IMG/VR virus record: IMGVR_UViG_3300023109_001684
DNA: 64,000 nucleotides
Reading direction: 5' to 3' (one strand)
Source: a virus
In this document: positions 60,886-64,000 of the stretch, piece after piece
Numbering within the stretch: position 1 is the first letter of the stretch
Layout of the letters: each line of letters starts with the position of its first letter
Made by a program: the position numbers and the translations under genes
Notes under the pieces: generated by a model
The model's input: the letters and a program-made list of their open reading frames with translations, nothing else
Told to the model about the DNA's origin: nothing
The model's database searches: none

Positions 60886-62057
60886 ACGAATTAGTAGTTA
60901 TAGTAAATCCTGCAAGAGACCATTATGATGTAGTTAGAGAAGTCTTTAACAATTATACATACAAGATATTAATACTTTGGTCGTCTGAAGAGGACAAAAA
61001 TACAATACATAACAAGTACAGAAAGGATGATACGAGTTTTCACTACGAAGAAGTTTATACTAAAGAAGTAATAGATCGATATGCGCAAACGCATAAAATA
61101 ATTGCCTGTATTCCCAGTGGAGATGATAGCGTTGATCTTGCATTAAAACTTCAAAATCGTTATGTACCCAAAAAATCAAATTCTCTAGAAACAATTGATA
61201 TAATCAAAGATAAAGAATTGTATTTAAATTTACTTAGAGAAAAAGGAATTGTTACTACAAGACAGTACAGTCTTAATAATATAGAAGAATATCCTGTAGT
61301 TGTAAAACCTAAAGAAAGTCGTGGCGGAAGCGAAAATGTATACTATGTGAATAGTCTATCTAGTTTACCATCCTTAAATTCTAACGATTATATAGCACAA
61401 GAATATGTTGATGGTCCGGAATATACAATAGATATTGCAACAGCATCCGGCGAACATCATTTATTACTTGCTACAGAGTATAGTAAAAAACATGGATCGT
61501 TATGGCAATATAAAGAATCGGTAATGAATTATACAGAGAATAGATATTTCATTGACGAATTGTACGAGTATGTATGTTTATGTTTAGATGCGTTAAACTG
61601 GAATTTCGGTGTTACTTGCGCACAAGTAATAGTAGATGAGAAACACAAAATACATCTAGTTGAAATAAATTTTAGAAAACACGGACACATAAGTGATCAC
61701 GGAGTTTATCTATCTTCAGGCATAAAACTATCTACACATGTTAGTAATTTATATTTAAATACTGATAAATTTAAAAACAGAATTTCTTACTACGATTATA
61801 ATCAGCCATATGAAAGATTCTGGGTTAATGTAGAAAGTTCTAAGTATATTGAAAGTATTAACTGGCCAATGTTAGAAGAGATTCCTAGCTTTATTGGAAA
61901 AATAGATCACAATATACTTTTTAATTTACCAAAAAAAGTTAATCCTTCGACTAGTATGTTAAGTAGTCTAGGTATGGTTTCTTTATCAAACTCTGATTTG
62001 GTACAATATGATAAAGATATAGAAGCATATAATAATTGGTGGAATACATATAAATGA
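60882..62057 (+). CDS. ATP-grasp domain protein
   Basis: DK, YPVVVKP..SRGGSENV, QEYVDGPEYTID and LVEINFR motifs. Confidence 0.82.
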   Translation: MNELVVIVNPARDHYDVVREVFNNYTYKILILWSSEEDKNTIHNKYRKDDTSFHYEEVYTKEVIDRYAQTHKIIACIPSGDDSVDLALKLQNRYVPKKSNSLETIDIIKDKELYLNLLREKGIVTTRQYSLNNIEEYPVVVKPKESRGGSENVYYVNSLSSLPSLNSNDYIAQEYVDGPEYTIDIATASGEHHLLLATEYSKKHGSLWQYKESVMNYTENRYFIDELYEYVCLCLDALNWNFGVTCAQVIVDEKHKIHLVEINFRKHGHISDHGVYLSSGIKLSTHVSNLYLNTDKFKNRISYYDYNQPYERFWVNVESSKYIESINWPMLEEIPSFIGKIDHNILFNLPKKVNPSTSMLSSLGMVSLSNSDLVQYDKDIEAYNNWWNTYK

Positions 62058-63076
62058 TATTTACTGAATGGGATAAGTTAACAGAAGTTGTAGTAGGTTC
62101 TACATATGATTTAGAATCGTTACAGCAATTTGACGATAACAAGTTTATAGATGGAATGGCTAAAATTTTAGAGGAAACAGAACAAGATTTTTCTAAACTC
62201 TCTGACATATTTAAAAGTTATAATGTTAAAGTACATAGGCCTAAACAACTGCCCTTATTAAAAGAAAACACTAGAACTTGGAATTCAAAGTATCCTTATC
62301 CTGCAATATGTCCTAGAGATTTTCATGTTGTGTACGGAAATACAATACTAGGTACTATCGGTGGAGACTGTAATAGATATACAGAAAGCGATTACTTCTT
62401 AGACATTATGCTTAAAAAATTCAAAGAAGGACGCAACTATATAAGTATGCCTAAGCCGCTACTACAAAGCGACTACAAGGAGTACGAACAACTAGAAGGC
62501 CAAATACTATGGCATGCAGCAAACATTATTAAGTGCGGCGACATGTTGTTACACACGCAGCCTTATGCACCGGAGCAGCACGGAAGAGGAACATATGCAG
62601 GATTAGACTGGATAAAACGTAATATAGGCTATGATGTTAAATGGGCAGAAATACCTAGAACAGGACATGCAGACGGAAAAATTGCACTAATCAAACCCGG
62701 ACTGCTATTCTGTTGGGATCCTAGTGCAATACCAGAAGAATTAAAAAGTTGGGACTATATTAAACTAGAACGCAAGCCGCTACCTGATTATTTTAATGAT
62801 ATTAAAATCCAGCACTTTTACAAAGATAAAGTCACAAGTTGGTTAGATCATTGGATCGGTTATGTAGACGAGACTGTGTTCGATATTAATGTAGTAAGCA
62901 TAGATGCTAATACTGTAATAACTAATGGTCATGATCCTGAAGTAGAACGTAAACTTAAAAAACACGGTGTTGATATGATACCTTTTGATTTTCGACATAA
63001 GTACTTTTGGGATAGCGGATTACATTGCGTAACACTAGATTTAAGTAGAGAAGGCGAACGACAGTCTTATGTATAA
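62054..63076 (+). CDS. Pentein-fold amidinotransferase-like protein (second copy)
   Basis: EWDKLTEVVVG, CPRD, PKP, HADG, DINVVSID, GLHCVTLDLSREGERQSY. Confidence 0.85.
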   Translation: MIFTEWDKLTEVVVGSTYDLESLQQFDDNKFIDGMAKILEETEQDFSKLSDIFKSYNVKVHRPKQLPLLKENTRTWNSKYPYPAICPRDFHVVYGNTILGTIGGDCNRYTESDYFLDIMLKKFKEGRNYISMPKPLLQSDYKEYEQLEGQILWHAANIIKCGDMLLHTQPYAPEQHGRGTYAGLDWIKRNIGYDVKWAEIPRTGHADGKIALIKPGLLFCWDPSAIPEELKSWDYIKLERKPLPDYFNDIKIQHFYKDKVTSWLDHWIGYVDETVFDINVVSIDANTVITNGHDPEVERKLKKHGVDMIPFDFRHKYFWDSGLHCVTLDLSREGERQSYV

Positions 63077-63788
63077 TATTGTAATAAACACACCAGAAGC
63101 ACTAGTAATAGATGATTTCTTACCTCAAGACATTTGGGATAAAATTTGGAATCAAGTACAAGTTGACAAATGGAGTCAATCAGGTGCAGATGATAAATTT
63201 TGGCATTACACTGACGGCGCAAACTATAAAAATAATAAGCGTTGGCTCACTGAAGGTCCTTTTAATGACAACAGTGATCTGTGGTTTAAACACTTTACAG
63301 AATTTCTTAATAAATGCCCCGAAGCAAAACCTTTTGCTAAAGACTATATAGAAATTGCGATGCGCTGCCATGCATATCCGGTCAACAGTAAAAACCCGTG
63401 GCACAACGATTTAGGATTTACAACTTACACTTATTATTTACACAGACACTGGCAAATAAATTGGGATAGCACACTCCTTATATGCCCCCTTGGAAGTGTA
63501 GACTATCAGCAAGTTCTTCCTTTAGAAGAAGGTACTGTGCATCACGACTGTTATACAAACACTAACAGTCCTATGGAAATGTTTCAGCAAGCTGACAAAT
63601 ATAAACCTATTATAGATTACGGTCTCGGAATGTTTGTTAGCCCTAAGCCAAACAGATTAATACTAATTAATAAAAGAGTTGTACACGGAATAACTAGAGT
63701 TGATTCTGATGCAGGCGAGAACATGCGTGTAACACTTACTGGGATGATAATGGAAAGTGATTGGAAAGAAACTAATGATTTATTTTAA
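63069..63788 (+). CDS. 2OG-Fe(II) oxygenase, prolyl-4-hydroxylase-like
   Basis: PWHND (HxD), YYLH..W..NW, PKPNRLI, VHGITRV, RVTLTG. Confidence 0.78.
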   Translation: MYNIVINTPEALVIDDFLPQDIWDKIWNQVQVDKWSQSGADDKFWHYTDGANYKNNKRWLTEGPFNDNSDLWFKHFTEFLNKCPEAKPFAKDYIEIAMRCHAYPVNSKNPWHNDLGFTTYTYYLHRHWQINWDSTLLICPLGSVDYQQVLPLEEGTVHHDCYTNTNSPMEMFQQADKYKPIIDYGLGMFVSPKPNRLILINKRVVHGITRVDSDAGENMRVTLTGMIMESDWKETNDLF

Positions 63789-64000
63789 GGAATTTCCAGA
63801 ATTAAATTGGACACCTGAATTAGGCCAACAATATCTTTTAGATAATTTACCTAATCCGTTTAATACAAACGATCCGCAAGTTGATGATATAATGAAAGCT
63901 GACAAGGGATGGTTTCATATTGGTCCAGGAGGCATACAAATGCATTATTGTGGCAGCAATGACCCTCGTTTTGAATGTTTTAAACCTATTACAGATAAGT
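63775..64000 (+). CDS. Hypothetical protein (3' truncated by window)
   Basis: Not in ORF track. ATG at 63775 overlaps the previous gene end and stays open to the window end: MIYFKEFPELNWTPELGQQY...FKPITDK. Confidence 0.6.
   Translation, partial: MIYFKEFPELNWTPELGQQYLLDNLPNPFNTNDPQVDDIMKADKGWFHIGPGGIQMHYCGSNDPRFECFKPITDK

Noticed and set aside
194-63404. Numerous short ORFs (60-165 aa) on the minus strand or in alternate frames
   Set aside because: They lie inside long motif-bearing + strand genes and have no recognisable motifs, so they are treated as shadow ORFs. Only 47403..48041 occupies its own space.
1-64000. CRISPR arrays, tRNA/rRNA, IS elements, introns/inteins, intrinsic terminators
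   Set aside because: Intergenic gaps are under 80 bp with no repeat-spacer pattern, cloverleaf or GC hairpin plus U-tract; no transposase, homing endonuclease or intein motifs noticed by eye.
36065-64000. Eukaryotic giant virus or host chromosomal island origin
   Set aside because: Bacterial sigma70 promoters, SD sites, ATGA coupling, similar AT-rich composition by eye, and continuity with the phage tail genes argue that it belongs to the phage; read-level confirmation is still needed.

Overview
AT-rich, densely coded fragment, almost entirely on the + strand, of a large contractile-tailed (T4-like or jumbo) bacteriophage read in the standard genetic code. 1-36010 is a baseplate/tail module: a partial gp53-like gene, a hub-like protein with an M15 peptidase, a gp5/VgrG-like spike with a C-terminal lysozyme-like domain, gp25, gp6, a 5207-aa giant structural protein, and several tail-fibre/collar proteins. 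Several of these genes are preceded by T4-late-like ATAAATA boxes. A perfect sigma70 promoter at 36014 opens a roughly 28-kb enzyme island that runs off the window end. It holds 9 radical SAM genes in three architectures, 4 glycosyltransferase-like genes, 4 2OG-Fe(II) oxygenases, 2 QueC-like PP-loop ATPases, 2 pentein amidinotransferases flanking an ATP-grasp ligase, a methyltransferase, an SDR, and 3 paralogs of an unrecognised His/Glu-motif family. Both amidinotransferases have His at the canonical catalytic Asp position. The island looks like a virus-encoded biosynthetic/modification cluster whose product is unknown. All assignments are motif-based by eye; no database searches were run. No tRNA, rRNA, CRISPR array or mobile element was seen.
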